Source: a virus. Taken from it: a stretch of 64,000 nucleotides of DNA. Below the pieces are notes generated by a model that saw only the letters and a list, made by a program, of their open reading frames with translations, was not told the origin of the DNA and made no database searches. The position numbers were made by a program, and so were the translations under genes. Positions 63,481 through 64,000 of this stretch are shown here, piece after piece; position 1 is the first letter of the stretch; every line of letters starts with the position of its first letter. Where the stretch lies: the IMG/VR virus record IMGVR_UViG_3300032722_000006, positions 64,001 to 128,000 of that record. The stretch is one strand, 5' to 3'.

Positions 63481-64000
63481 GGTCCGATCTTACCACCTAT
63501 CTCAGTCGAGTTGCACCGTCGCACCGAGCAACCGCGCCAGCCGCTTCGCCCTCTGGCCGCAGATGTAGTGCAGTTGGCCGGTCTTCTTCACCCGCACGCA
63601 GATCATCAGGCCGATCCACATCTGGACGTCCACCACGTCGAGGTAGGCGTTCATCGTCTGCCGACGTTCGACCAGGCAAAGAGCGTGATGATTGCTGCGA
63701 CGATGCAGACGAAGATGCCGATGGGTCCCATGGTTCAGTCTACCACGGTCTGAAGTGCCGTTGCACTGAAGCACCTCAGGTCGAGCCGATGGCTTTCACT
63801 GAGGCTTTCCACCACTGAAGTCGTTGGTGTTGCACCTCACATCCACTCGCAGGTGGCCGCCGTGCCGGAACCCTGCAGGAGCTCCTTCTGCTCGCCGCAC
63901 GTCCATCGCAGTGCACTGGGCTGCACTGCTGAGACCTTCGCTGCCGGAGCGTGGCCGACGATGACCATCATCGGCACCCGGATGATCAGGGGAGGGTCGG

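Larger units (their letters stand above)
62965..63815. repeat. 32-bp exact direct repeat (62965..62996 and 63784..63815)
   Basis: AGCCGATGGCTTTCACTGAGGCTTTCCACCAC occurs twice. Confidence 0.85.

Noticed and set aside
1-64000. Alternative genetic code (stop recoding)
   Set aside because: Long conserved genes are intact in code 11, and TAA, TAG and TGA all terminate genes.
1-64000. CRISPR array
   Set aside because: No regularly spaced repeat-spacer units were seen. The recurring GGATTCGAACC strings are tRNA T arms.

Overview
Window from a very large (jumbo/huge) tailed dsDNA phage. The host is probably a myxobacterium, inferred from a Polyangiaceae-type FGE/SUMF1 protein. 1-9.9 kb (+) carries Ser/Thr/Gly-rich virion or tail-fibre-like genes, including three tandem paralogues. 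The rest is mostly on the minus strand. It holds two tRNA arrays (12.6-26.7 kb and 43.2-46.9 kb) with about 47 tRNA genes covering all 20 amino acids and all six Arg anticodons, an RNase P RNA, and many aberrant tRNA-like and structured RNAs. Protein genes include three RNA ligases, an ATP-dependent DNA ligase, HAD, HD, NADAR, Pth2-like, MoxR/VWA, kinase, glycosyltransferases, homing endonucleases and a sigma70-like factor. Main observations: (1) a leader peptide plus terminator heads the second tRNA array, and its codons match the tRNAs encoded downstream (candidate tRNA-sensing attenuator); (2) the sigma70 lacks region 4.2, a separate sigma4-like HTH gene lies in the same operon, and a recurrent GTGYAA-N18-TAnnnT leaderless promoter occurs across the window; (3) a 77-nt RNA resembles a tmRNA tRNA-like domain with no message region; (4) a phage RNase P RNA. 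All calls are by eye with no database searches, and RNA boundaries are approximate to a few nt.
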